This document shows, piece after piece, positions 30,671-39,653 of a stretch of DNA of 64,000 nucleotides (position 1 is the stretch's first letter; each line of letters begins with the position of its first letter). A program made the translations under genes and the position numbers. The stretch comes from a bacterium (GTDB lineage Bacteria > Patescibacteriota > Microgenomatia > Daviesbacterales > UBA10151). The notes under the pieces were generated by a model. That model did not search any database and was not told the DNA's origin. It saw only the letters and a program-made list of their open reading frames with translations. The stretch covers positions 3,481 through 67,480 of the forward strand of contig JAJYNW010000026.1 of NCBI GenBank assembly GCA_021786105.1. Direction: 5' to 3'.

Positions 30671-30868
30671 TTGGATACAAAAAAATTGGTGGCTTGGATT
30701 TTGGTTCTTGGTGCGGTGAATTGGGGATTGGTAGGATTTTTGAATCTTAACGTAGTTGAAGCAGTTTTAGGAGCAGGTTCAATACTCACTAAACTTGTTT
30801 ATATAGTAGTAGGTTTGGCAGGCGTATATAAGCTTTACATCTTAGCTGGTGGAAAAGCTAAAAAATAA
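30671..30868 (+). CDS. DUF378 small membrane protein (paralog of 29057..29245)
   Basis: AVNWGLVGFLNLNVV motif; probable TTG start 6 nt after GGAGGTGA. Confidence 0.5.
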   Translation: MDTKKLVAWILVLGAVNWGLVGFLNLNVVEAVLGAGSILTKLVYIVVGLAGVYKLYILAGGKAKK

Positions 30869-30960
30869 ACCATAGGACTATTCTTCAAAGAAGAACAGTC
30901 TTTCGTAGAAAGTATATTTTCCTTCGGAAAAGAATTTCCTCTAGGAATTGGTAATTATTT

Positions 30961-30990
30961 TATAAAATCCGGCCCTCTTCGGCCGGATTT
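30961..30990 (+). terminator. Rho-independent terminator (TCCGGCC-ctcttc-GGCCGGA + T7)
   Basis: Perfect 7-bp GC stem followed by a U-run. Confidence 0.55.
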
Positions 30991-31220
30991 TTTTGGAGCT
31001 CCTGACGAGGTCTTAGCCAGACTGCCAGGATTCATTCAAGAATTTAACTCAAATCCTATTTTACCAGATTTTTTGTATGAATTACAGCCAGAATTAGCCT
31101 CAAAAATGCCCCAGACCGTAAAATAGACTAGTCGCTCCTATTATTTACTCCCTTTATTTAGTCCTAAAACACTGGTTTTTTCTGTATAATAATGAGCAAT
31201 AACAATTTTTAACTATTTTT

Positions 31221-31427
31221 ATGCAGGGAGAAAAAAGGTCATCAAATCTTCTCAATATTAACCAAGTTGCAAAAATACTAGGAGTTATGCCCCCAACTCT
31301 CAGACGCTGGGATAAAAGTGGAAAACTAAAGGCTATCCGTGTAGGTAATAAAAAAGGAGTTGGAGAAAGAAGATACCGCAGAGAAGATATTATTAACATC
31401 ATGGTTAGCGAATATAATAAAAAGTAA
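31221..31427 (+). CDS. Excisionase-family / MerR-like HTH DNA-binding protein
   Basis: LNINQVAKILGVMPPTLRRWDKSGKLKAIRVG...RRYRREDI pattern typical of mobile-element Xis-type HTH. Confidence 0.55.
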   Translation: MQGEKRSSNLLNINQVAKILGVMPPTLRRWDKSGKLKAIRVGNKKGVGERRYRREDIINIMVSEYNKK

Positions 31428-31664
31428 TTATTCGTTCCATTCAACACCTCTAATCCCTAATTTTTTAAATAATTTTTTAAGTCGTCGCACTTCCTTCGTA
31501 TTTTTTAAGATTTTAATGCTCTTAAAATCGCTTCCTATTTCAATAAAACCCTTACCCCAGCAATATTGTTTGAGTTTGTTAATTTCTGTTAACGCCTCAA
31601 CTTTAGCCTTTCTCTCCTCTGGCGTCATTGAGTCCCAGATAGCCCTAAATCCTGAAATGTCCAT
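31428..31664 (-). CDS. Hypothetical small protein
   Basis: 78-aa ORF, no motifs. Confidence 0.35.
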   Translation of the reverse strand: MDISGFRAIWDSMTPEERKAKVEALTEINKLKQYCWGKGFIEIGSDFKSIKILKNTKEVRRLKKLFKKLGIRGVEWNE

Positions 31665-31669
31665 AAGTC

Positions 31670-32290
31670 TTACTCCTTAGATAAAACAAAAAATCTCCCA
31701 GACCATTTCATTTGTCTTGACTGCTGATGGTTATTAGCAAAGTCTTCCTTGGGAAAGTCGCGCTTTAAGTCCAGTCGGTGAAATAAACTCTCCCACCACC
31801 AGCGCGGCTTCATGGTTATATGTGAGGGGTCGCCTTTACCGCCCCTTGATTCGATATGGTCTGATCCGGCAGTGCAGATAAGTAAGAATACAAAGCGTTT
31901 GACCACTCGGTGCAGTTCTTTAACTGCTTTGAATAAATCATCCTCCTGTATATGTTCTAAAAGTTCAGTGCCAATTACTAAGTCAAAACTATTGTCCTTA
32001 AATCTTGAAAGATCGCGGACATCACCCTCTATAATTTCTTGCGTTACAGCGCGGCTCACCGCGTAAGGGGAATACTCAACACCGGTTGCAGGTATTCCTA
32101 AATCTTGAAATCTTTTAACTACAAACCCATAAGCGCACCCCACATCTAAAACGCTCTCCGGCTTAAATAACTGATTAGTCCAAGTTGCAAAAGTATTTAA
32201 GAGTCCATCGGCTCTAGCGTATGAATCATAAGCAATCTGGTTTTTACCTTCAAAATAATCTTTATTGTAAAAATCCTTAGTTGGTTGCAT
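31670..32290 (-). CDS. Class I SAM-dependent methyltransferase
   Basis: VLDVGCAYGFVVKRF motif I and downstream motifs. Confidence 0.75.
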   Translation of the reverse strand: MQPTKDFYNKDYFEGKNQIAYDSYARADGLLNTFATWTNQLFKPESVLDVGCAYGFVVKRFQDLGIPATGVEYSPYAVSRAVTQEIIEGDVRDLSRFKDNSFDLVIGTELLEHIQEDDLFKAVKELHRVVKRFVFLLICTAGSDHIESRGGKGDPSHITMKPRWWWESLFHRLDLKRDFPKEDFANNHQQSRQMKWSGRFFVLSKE

Positions 32291-33911
32291 AAATAGCTTT
32301 TAATCGTTCAATAATTGGAACAGCGCAGGAATCCCAAGAAAACTTTTGTCTGATAAGTTCAGAAGTTTTTAGTGCTTTCTTTTTCTCCTCTTTGTAGTTT
32401 TCAAAAACAAAGCGCATTTTCGCCTGTAAATCATCAAGTTTTGGCATTGCCCACTTGTTACCCTCTAAATAGATATAAGAGGTTTTGGCTTCACCTTCTT
32501 CCCAATCAACAAAATGGACTCCGGGGAAAGGCTTGTCGTTCTCATCTCTTAAAGTTTCGTTTGGCGCGCCATATCCTGTGGTTATCACTGGAAGCCCGCA
32601 AGCAAGGGCTTCAAAGATAGGTAATCCCCACCCCTCCCCATGAGTAGGTAAAACAAAGCAATTTCCGGCAGTATAAAAACAGCCTAATTGTTCAGTTGGT
32701 AAAATATCCTCTCTAACATAAACTCTGGCACCTGCACTTCTCGCCTTAATCGCTTCAACTTCTTTTTTCACCGGATGAGATAAAGCCGAAGACATGGTCT
32801 TGACAACCAAACAGACGTCCTCATCTCTTGAAAATTCTTGAGTAAAAGCAATTATTAAATCCCGTAAATTTTTGCGAGGTTCCCAAGTGGCGTTGGTAAT
32901 AAACTTAAATTTTTCCTTTGCATCTGTTTTTATCGGCGCCATGTTTGGATGAAAGTAGTTTGAATCAATACCTTGCGGAATTACATAAATTGGAACTTTA
33001 ACGCCCGCTTTTTCAAATTTTTCTTTGTCCCACTTTGTAGGCACCCAAAGTTCATCCATCATGTTGCAATAAGCAATCCAAGACGAAGGAGCGATAGTAC
33101 CCTCAAATTCACAATGGCCGATTTTATATTTTCCGGAGTTTTTGAAAAATAAGGGGGCTTGCGCCCAGACAATCTGTGGTAAATCCATAGATGGGGAAAG
33201 TTCTCTTGTATCGTTGACAAGTCCGTCATCAGAAAGCGGTTCTGCTTCTGGTATGCCAAAAAGGTTTGAGTAATGGACTTTTACTTTCGATCGAAGAAGC
33301 GCTGAAATATAATTTTTAGCGGCAATAGCAAACCCTGTAGGCGCTTCAACGCCAGTATGATACATAATTGGATACTTATATTGTTCGAGGTATTTTTTAC
33401 CCCACATTTCCTTAAAGAAGTTGTGGTTAAGGGTAAACTGCCGGACGAATTCCTCTTTGCTCTTTAGGGCGTATCCCTTACCGCGATACTGAACAATAAG
33501 TTTATCAGTTGCATAAACCTTAAAGCCTAATTCTTGCGCTTTTAGGCAATACTCGGCATCTTTGAAAATACAATCTCCGGCACATTCAATGATCGGAATT
33601 TTTTTTATTAGTTCTTTTTTGACAAGACATAAAAGCAAAGGTACCATTTCAACTTCTCTTGTGCCCGGATACTGTCCGTAATACTCCTCGTTAAGGGCAT
33701 AGGAAACAGGCATCATTAAATTAGGAGCAATAAAACCGCCATGAAAATAGATTTTATTTTGGTGGTTGAGGATGAGTGCAGATAAAATCCCGCAGTCTTT
33801 TAATTTCTGGGACTCTTGAAAGAGAGTGTCAATCCAGCCGGCTAAATGGCCGACAATATCCCAAGAGGCGATAATTGTATCGCCACTTTCTAATTTTACC
33901 AACTTAAACAT
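32277..33911 (-). CDS. Glycosyltransferase (GT4-like C-terminal domain, additional N-terminal domain)
   Basis: EALACGLPVITTGYGAPNE GT-B motif; overlaps the methyltransferase gene by 14 nt (operon). Confidence 0.7.
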   Translation of the reverse strand: MFKLVKLESGDTIIASWDIVGHLAGWIDTLFQESQKLKDCGILSALILNHQNKIYFHGGFIAPNLMMPVSYALNEEYYGQYPGTREVEMVPLLLCLVKKELIKKIPIIECAGDCIFKDAEYCLKAQELGFKVYATDKLIVQYRGKGYALKSKEEFVRQFTLNHNFFKEMWGKKYLEQYKYPIMYHTGVEAPTGFAIAAKNYISALLRSKVKVHYSNLFGIPEAEPLSDDGLVNDTRELSPSMDLPQIVWAQAPLFFKNSGKYKIGHCEFEGTIAPSSWIAYCNMMDELWVPTKWDKEKFEKAGVKVPIYVIPQGIDSNYFHPNMAPIKTDAKEKFKFITNATWEPRKNLRDLIIAFTQEFSRDEDVCLVVKTMSSALSHPVKKEVEAIKARSAGARVYVREDILPTEQLGCFYTAGNCFVLPTHGEGWGLPIFEALACGLPVITTGYGAPNETLRDENDKPFPGVHFVDWEEGEAKTSYIYLEGNKWAMPKLDDLQAKMRFVFENYKEEKKKALKTSELIRQKFSWDSCAVPIIERLKAIYATN

Positions 33912-33963
33912 AGGCGCTTCGCGCCAAGCACTGCATAAAGACAGGCCAATCTAAAAAGTTAGA

Positions 33964-34305
33964 TTATTTAGGCGCAGGAATACCGACGAAGACGAAATCT
34001 TGAGTTACTTCATCATAGTTATCCTGAATGAAGTACCGCATATAGCGGTTAAACCCGGACTCGTTCAAACCGGCAGCATAAGTATTCCACGAAGTCTTAT
34101 CGCCTGCGGAAACCGTGCCGTCTCGCCAGTATTGCACACCGTATGTAAGAGACGTTCTTACTCCCTGTTGAGCTGCGCTCTTAGGATTGTACGGAATAAC
34201 TCTTAACCTTGCGTAGTTAAGACCTTTCCAAGCAGAATAAACGATAGTTTTCGCTAACGTTTGTCTTGCGTCCAAAGAGAACAATGGACCTGTCAGTCTT
34301 GGCAT
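33964..34305 (-). CDS. Hypothetical protein ('MPR' family; paralog of the N-terminus of 53011..53805)
   Basis: Strong SD GAAAGGAGGTGA; N-terminus MPRLTG and GLNESGFNRYMRYF resemble MPRIMG / GMNGYNLFVQDQAY of the paralog. Confidence 0.5.
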   Translation of the reverse strand: MPRLTGPLFSLDARQTLAKTIVYSAWKGLNYARLRVIPYNPKSAAQQGVRTSLTYGVQYWRDGTVSAGDKTSWNTYAAGLNESGFNRYMRYFIQDNYDEVTQDFVFVGIPAPK

Positions 34306-34601
34306 ACTTTTTTGTCACCTCCTTTCATAAGATTTGTTAGCCACTAAAAAACGCCGCATACCTGCACAACTTTTTAGAGCGTGCATTAACGGCGTTAGCT
34401 AACTATAGTGAAATTACCAGATATTTAAGTTACCTGCAAGTAAGTTTCTGTTAATTAAAAGAAAAAGACCCCATTGCTGAGGTCTTATCCCAAGAGATTC
34501 TATTGCTAGAATTCCTCTAACCCTACAGCTTGCGCCATAGAGCTATTTTTAATATATGCTAATTTTATTTGCTTGTCAATGTCTGACGACAACCGCCAAT
34601 T

Positions 34602-35276
34602 TTATACTAAATCCTTTTTCTTTTCTTCAAATTCTTTTTTATCAATTTCACCCTTAGCGTATCGTTCCTTAAGAATTTCCAATGGGGTTTTACTTTTATC
34701 TATATTACTATGTCCAGTTCCACCTAGGTAGCGGATTAAAGCCACTACTCCTAAAATAATAAGAACCCAAAAGATAATCATAAATATCCAACCTATGATT
34801 CCGAAACCTCCCCAGCCGTTCATTATACCACCCCAACCACCATAACCCATCATAGGATTACCACCTCCTCCCATCATCCACATCATCGGCATGATACCTA
34901 TTCCAGAAGTAGAGGTATCACACCCGCTTAACCGTTTCCCCATAGCAATATGCATCTGCGACTCACCGTTTTCTCCCATCATAGATTTCATCATATTGTT
35001 CATTGCTATATGTCTTGAAGTATCTCCAATTGCCTGACCCATAAAATACTCGCCGGCTTTTTCAAAATTATCATCTGTTAATTTTTCGCATGTAGTTGTT
35101 TTATTCTTTAGCTGATCCAATAGTTTTTTACCTTCTTGTTCTTCCGCTTGTTGTTGCTGTATGGCGGTTTGATCAACAGGGGAACTGGATGAACCCATCA
35201 TTTGTGCATTTACATGTTGTGCGGTAAGCGTAAAAACAAGGACACCAAGAATGGTGGCAAAGATATATTTTTTCAT
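34602..35276 (-). CDS. Secreted Met/Gly-rich protein with C-terminal TM and SHOCT domain
   Basis: Signal peptide; MxxM/MMGGGG clusters; C-terminal LKERYAKGEIDKKEFEEKKKDL SHOCT motif. Confidence 0.6.
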   Translation of the reverse strand: MKKYIFATILGVLVFTLTAQHVNAQMMGSSSSPVDQTAIQQQQAEEQEGKKLLDQLKNKTTTCEKLTDDNFEKAGEYFMGQAIGDTSRHIAMNNMMKSMMGENGESQMHIAMGKRLSGCDTSTSGIGIMPMMWMMGGGGNPMMGYGGWGGIMNGWGGFGIIGWIFMIIFWVLIILGVVALIRYLGGTGHSNIDKSKTPLEILKERYAKGEIDKKEFEEKKKDLV

Positions 35277-35279
35277 AGA

Positions 35280-35681
35280 TTATTTACTTTTATCAATAAT
35301 TCCCCTGATAGCCTCGTCAACATCTTTTGGCAAGTCGCCAAGGTTTGCTTGTGGAAAAAACTGAGAAAGAATAATCGGGCGCATGCCTGAAATATATGTC
35401 TTTCCGTTCTTTTGATACACGTTTATTTTGCAGGGCAACATGAGTCCAATCTTTATATCTGCCTGAAGGACGGTATAAGCGCTTTTGGCATTACAAATCT
35501 CAATAATCTTAAATGGCTTAATAATAAAGCCTTTCTCTGCCAAAGTCTTCATCACATCATGAACATAAAGCACCCGAAATCCTGCCTTTTTGGTTTCTTC
35601 CGCAATCGACTTTACTGCGTCCTCGAATGATTTTTTAGTCGTAACTGTATAATCAAAATCCATATAGTTATCACCTCCCAT
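35280..35681 (-). CDS. DUF302 domain protein
   Basis: Family-typical sequence; 4-nt gap to upstream gene. Confidence 0.6.
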   Translation of the reverse strand: MGGDNYMDFDYTVTTKKSFEDAVKSIAEETKKAGFRVLYVHDVMKTLAEKGFIIKPFKIIEICNAKSAYTVLQADIKIGLMLPCKINVYQKNGKTYISGMRPIILSQFFPQANLGDLPKDVDEAIRGIIDKSK

Positions 35682-35733
35682 CTTAAATGGTGAAACAAAT
35701 TATTCCCTTAAGAAATACTTAAGGGAGAAGGGG

Positions 35734-35916
35734 CTACTTTACCTCCCCCAATTCTTTTTCTGCCTCTTGAACGGCTTTCATCTCCTTTTCTAATTCTTCC
35801 TTATATCCTTGAAGGGATTTTTTTTGCTCTTCTTTTGAAAGGAATCGCGATCCGCCCCAACAAGAACAGTTGCACCCGTACATTCTATTTTTTATCATCA
35901 TAGGCATATCCATCAT
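35734..35916 (-). CDS. DUF5320-like small Cys-cluster / coiled-coil protein
   Basis: GCNCSCWGG followed by KEE-rich coiled coil; overlaps the PadR stop by 4 nt. Confidence 0.5.
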   Translation of the reverse strand: MMDMPMMIKNRMYGCNCSCWGGSRFLSKEEQKKSLQGYKEELEKEMKAVQEAEKELGEVK

Positions 35917-36308
35917 ATTGTTTCACCTCCTCTCTTGGTTTTGTTTTGAGAACTCCTTTGATATCCTTCTAAAAACTTGTGAATAAGTTTGTCAGTTTCT
36001 ATAAGAGAAAAGGCTGCTTCTTTGAGGAACTCTTGACCATTTGGGGTGATAGTATAAACTCTTCTATCGGGACGAGTCTCGTTTTTATCCCATTCGGACT
36101 CTACCCACCCCATTGCTTCCATCCGTCTTAGAGTTCGATAGAGATTACCAATATCAACCTTTTCTCCGCAGTGTTTCTCTAAACCTTCCATTAAACCATA
36201 CCCGTGAGATGAGCCTTTGGAGAGGAGGAGGAGAATGCATGGTTCTACAAATCGCTCAATTGTGCCAAAATCCCTTGATCGGAAAGAACAACCGCAAGTT
36301 CTGCACAT
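35913..36308 (-). CDS. PadR-family transcriptional regulator (predicted near-leaderless start at MCRTCGC)
   Basis: VEPCILLLLSKGSSHGYGL...GWVESEW...RRVYTITPNG PadR winged helix; promoter TTGACA-17-TATGAT placed so the transcript starts a few nt before the ATG at 36308. Confidence 0.7.
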   Translation of the reverse strand: MCRTCGCSFRSRDFGTIERFVEPCILLLLSKGSSHGYGLMEGLEKHCGEKVDIGNLYRTLRRMEAMGWVESEWDKNETRPDRRVYTITPNGQEFLKEAAFSLIETDKLIHKFLEGYQRSSQNKTKRGGETI

Positions 36309-36318
36309 ATATGTAAAT

Positions 36319-36347
36319 ATCATATATGATGCTGTAGTTTTTGTCAA
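36319..36347 (-). promoter_or_regulatory. Sigma70-like promoter TTGACA-17-TATGAT for the PadR operon
   Basis: Read on minus strand: tgtcaa 36342-36347, atcata 36319-36324; the self-palindromic CATATATG appears twice at the transcript start. Confidence 0.4.
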
Positions 36348-36516
36348 CGGAAAATGAGGAACAAGATTACACCAATACCAATAATTAAAATCACACTTAT
36401 AACCCAAGCAAAATAATTAGTTTCGCTTCTGCGTTCTTCGATAGCACTGTAACTAAATGGCAGTTTTTCTTCTTTCTTGAAAAACTTTCTCATCTTTAAA
36501 CTATTTTAGCAAAAAC

Positions 36517-38250
36517 CTACAAAGGTGGGTAATTGGCATCTAAATACTGCGAAAGATAATAATTAAATCCCGTCATTGTTAAATTTTTTGCTTTTTCGTT
36601 GTACATATTTTTGATTGACTGATTAAAGCCATGCCAATTGCTTACTCCTTGAGCAAACACTGTGCGCCATGACTGTTGATGATAAGTCTTTGGATTATAA
36701 GGATAAAAAGGTGGTGAGACTTGGCGTCCCCACCATTGCTCCTGAAAAGTGGCAACGTTGCCAAGTTTGCCTCTTACTTTCAAAGCTAGGAAGTCATACA
36801 TTCCATGAGGCCTTGTCCACGGAGGGATTGGATTTTCTATTTCATAGATTAGGCTTTTTGTTATTAACCCAGCTGTTAATACAGTGTATTGAAGTGATTT
36901 TGTATCGCTCAACGATTTTATAAGGGCATACTTGAGGCTTCTTGTTATAGCGTCCGGTGTAACTTTGACGCTGTATTTCAAGGGCTTAGTTTTGGCAGCA
37001 GGCGTTATCTTAATCGCGTATTTAAGTAATTTAGTGCTGATTATATTAACTATCACGGCGTACCTGAGAAGTTTTGTTTTTGTCGATGGAATAGTTTTTA
37101 CAGCATATTGCAAAGATTTATTTTTTGCGGTAGGTGTTGTTTTAACTGCATATTTAAGATTTTTTTGAATATCTGTTGGCGTTGTTACAACTGGTTTATA
37201 GTCAACAATTACCCATACATCCTCAATAGTCATTAGCACTGACCCAGAAGTGGTTTGTTTTCCGCCTACTTCCATGCTATTTAAGAGGGCAAGAGTTAAT
37301 GCTGAATTTATATGGCTGTAGTAATAATCATCAGATGTTGTAAGTATGACTGAATTTTCGGTTAAAACAGAGTTATAAATAAAATTCATGGCATAAGTTG
37401 CAGCTGTACCGGTGCCTCGTTTAGCAACATAATAAATCCCTGCGGCATTGATAGTGTCGTTTGCGCCAATGGTCTGATTTCCATGACCGGTTTGAGTTGT
37501 ATTAAAAGCGGAAATTAGTTTAGTTTGTCTGCTTGGGATACCGGAATTAACAGAAGTGGCTTTGTTGGTAGTGCTAAAAGGTGTATCTGCCCAATAAGGG
37601 TCTGTTCCAACTTTAGTCCACGCGTTATATGTTGGCGTTCCTATTTTTGGCTGTCTGGCAATAACTCGCCCAGCTCCACAATAAGCGCTGTCATCTTCTG
37701 ATATGTCATCAAAGTCAATTTGTTGCGCTGCGGTCCTAAAACCATAACCTGCACCTGTTATAGCGGCCGCAGCCATTGTCAGAGAAGTAAAAGTCAATGT
37801 TTCAATAACTGTGTCATTTGCATCTGTAAATCTTACCTCGATTGTGCCATTACTAGCTGTTCCACAAATTATCTTTACCTCAACCCGAAACCAGCCATTA
37901 AGAGGTATAGAATTGGTAGATGCTCCTAAGAGTGTACCCGCAGAGCTTCCATTTCTTATTTTAATTTTACCTGTTGAAGATAATTGAAGCGTGACTATTC
38001 CTGTGTTGCCGTTTATTGTCTGCCAGAAGACATTATCTGCGCTGGGATTAGCAAGAATATAGGCATAGAACCTATAAAACATTGTGGCTTTGGAATAAAT
38101 GATAAAATCAAAGAAAGCATTAGTTGAAGTGCACCTATAAGCATATCCGCCGGTTCTTACATTGGCGCTCTGAACGCTACAACCACCACCCGGAGTTGCT
38201 GTTTCGCTTATGCTGCCTGTTTCCGCACCACCTAACCAAATACTTGCCAT
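36517..38250 (-). CDS. Large protein with concanavalin/LamG-like N-terminal region and about 8 tandem 13-aa repeats (LKYAVKTTPxAKTK); possible receptor-binding/fibre-like protein
   Basis: GWFRVEVKI...GTIEVRFTD jellyroll-like pattern; repeats visible in the translation. Confidence 0.5.
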   Translation of the reverse strand: MASIWLGGAETGSISETATPGGGCSVQSANVRTGGYAYRCTSTNAFFDFIIYSKATMFYRFYAYILANPSADNVFWQTINGNTGIVTLQLSSTGKIKIRNGSSAGTLLGASTNSIPLNGWFRVEVKIICGTASNGTIEVRFTDANDTVIETLTFTSLTMAAAAITGAGYGFRTAAQQIDFDDISEDDSAYCGAGRVIARQPKIGTPTYNAWTKVGTDPYWADTPFSTTNKATSVNSGIPSRQTKLISAFNTTQTGHGNQTIGANDTINAAGIYYVAKRGTGTAATYAMNFIYNSVLTENSVILTTSDDYYYSHINSALTLALLNSMEVGGKQTTSGSVLMTIEDVWVIVDYKPVVTTPTDIQKNLKYAVKTTPTAKNKSLQYAVKTIPSTKTKLLRYAVIVNIISTKLLKYAIKITPAAKTKPLKYSVKVTPDAITRSLKYALIKSLSDTKSLQYTVLTAGLITKSLIYEIENPIPPWTRPHGMYDFLALKVRGKLGNVATFQEQWWGRQVSPPFYPYNPKTYHQQSWRTVFAQGVSNWHGFNQSIKNMYNEKAKNLTMTGFNYYLSQYLDANYPPL

Positions 38251-38253
38251 TTT

Positions 38254-38670
38254 TTAGCTCACCTCCAAATTGTCTAAATTATCAGTTGTTATCAGTTCAT
38301 CGTTTGGCATAATAGCCATTAAAGATTTTTGCGTTCTGCCAAAAAACTTTTTCTCAAAGCCGAAACAATAGATTTTTATTTTTTTCTCCTCACTGGTTCC
38401 AACATTTAAGACAATGTTTCTATAAAAATGAATTAGTTTCATGGTCTTGGGATTAAAAATTAAAGTAAAAGCAGGTAGGCTTTCGGGGTTGACCATTTTG
38501 AAGGATAGAAGTTTCGACTGGTCTATTTCTCTAAACTGATGGAAAATTCCGTTATCATCAAATTGTTTTAAGAGACTACCATCAATGTAGTGAGCTTCCC
38601 AACACCAACGCTCTTTTATAACATTTTCAACTTGTCCTGTTTCTGGCCTTTGGAAAATATAGTTTTGCAT
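38254..38670 (-). CDS. Hypothetical protein
   Basis: 138-aa ORF tightly packed between neighbours. Confidence 0.45.
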   Translation of the reverse strand: MQNYIFQRPETGQVENVIKERWCWEAHYIDGSLLKQFDDNGIFHQFREIDQSKLLSFKMVNPESLPAFTLIFNPKTMKLIHFYRNIVLNVGTSEEKKIKIYCFGFEKKFFGRTQKSLMAIMPNDELITTDNLDNLEVS

Positions 38671-38701
38671 AGTATTGCATTGGAAAGCATGGTATTACTT
38701 C

Positions 38702-39202
38702 TCACGCTGTCTCATCATATTGGTAATTCATGGTACTGGTTGATCCAGCAGTATCACCGGCGTTTGATTGAATCTGGTGTACCAGATAATCAGATGATCC
38801 GGCGGCAAGGAGCGATCCTCCGAGTGATCCGGAAATTCCTAAGTTTGCAGAAGCTGGGGCGGAAGTTGGCATGGTTTGTGTAGCGACACTTGACGCAGAA
38901 GCAATCGGTGTCGCGTAAGTTGCTTGTGCATACGATGAAGTTCTGGCATTAGTTTTATGAACTGCTGATCCGCCAAGTGCGCTTGTTCTCCATATTTTAA
39001 GATTGTCAATCTTTGAAGAACCACCCATTGCGGTTACATGGATTTTTTGCCACTTCTCAAAGGTATTATTCCCCGGAGTAAGCGGATTAGCGACCGGATC
39101 AAGATTAACCGCGTCAGTTGAACCCATATTGGTATTTGTTATATTGTGGGTTAGAGTTTCCCCTACGCCGTTTGCTTCGTCTATTTCTACTGTTGCTGCC
39201 AT
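38702..39202 (-). CDS. Hypothetical protein (Ser/Thr/Ala-rich)
   Basis: 166-aa ORF. Confidence 0.45.
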   Translation of the reverse strand: MAATVEIDEANGVGETLTHNITNTNMGSTDAVNLDPVANPLTPGNNTFEKWQKIHVTAMGGSSKIDNLKIWRTSALGGSAVHKTNARTSSYAQATYATPIASASSVATQTMPTSAPASANLGISGSLGGSLLAAGSSDYLVHQIQSNAGDTAGSTSTMNYQYDETA

Positions 39203-39284
39203 AAGATACTTTATGATTGTAGCTGTAAATGGTAGTTAACTTCGATAAGTTTCCTGTCAGCTTCTGTTAGTTACCGTAATTTCC

Positions 39285-39641
39285 TTGTACGAAATATCAA
39301 TAAATAATGATATACTGATTTTATCTATGAATTCTACCCAGCTACAACTTGAGGCAAAATTATTTAAAGGCTTTGGCGATCCGTCTCGTCTTGCGATATT
39401 GGAAGTTATTGCAGAGAAACCAATCACTGTTTCAGAAATTGTAGAGCAAACGGAATTTTCTCAACCAAATGTCTCAATGCACTTAGCCTGTCTTTTGGAT
39501 TGCGGGTTAGTCCAAAAAAGGAAAGAAGGTAGAAATATCTATTACCAACTTTCAGGAGACGAAGTAAAAGAAGTAATAAATACTGCCAGAAAAATTATCA
39601 GCGCTCATTCAAAAGAGTTGTTTGAGTGCACCAGATATTAA
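39285..39641 (+). CDS. ArsR/SmtB-family metalloregulator
   Basis: LAILEVIAEKPITVSEIVEQ...QPNVSMHLACLLDCGLV HTH with Cys pair. Confidence 0.8.
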   Translation: MYEISINNDILILSMNSTQLQLEAKLFKGFGDPSRLAILEVIAEKPITVSEIVEQTEFSQPNVSMHLACLLDCGLVQKRKEGRNIYYQLSGDEVKEVINTARKIISAHSKELFECTRY

Positions 39642-39653
39642 GATAATAAGAAT

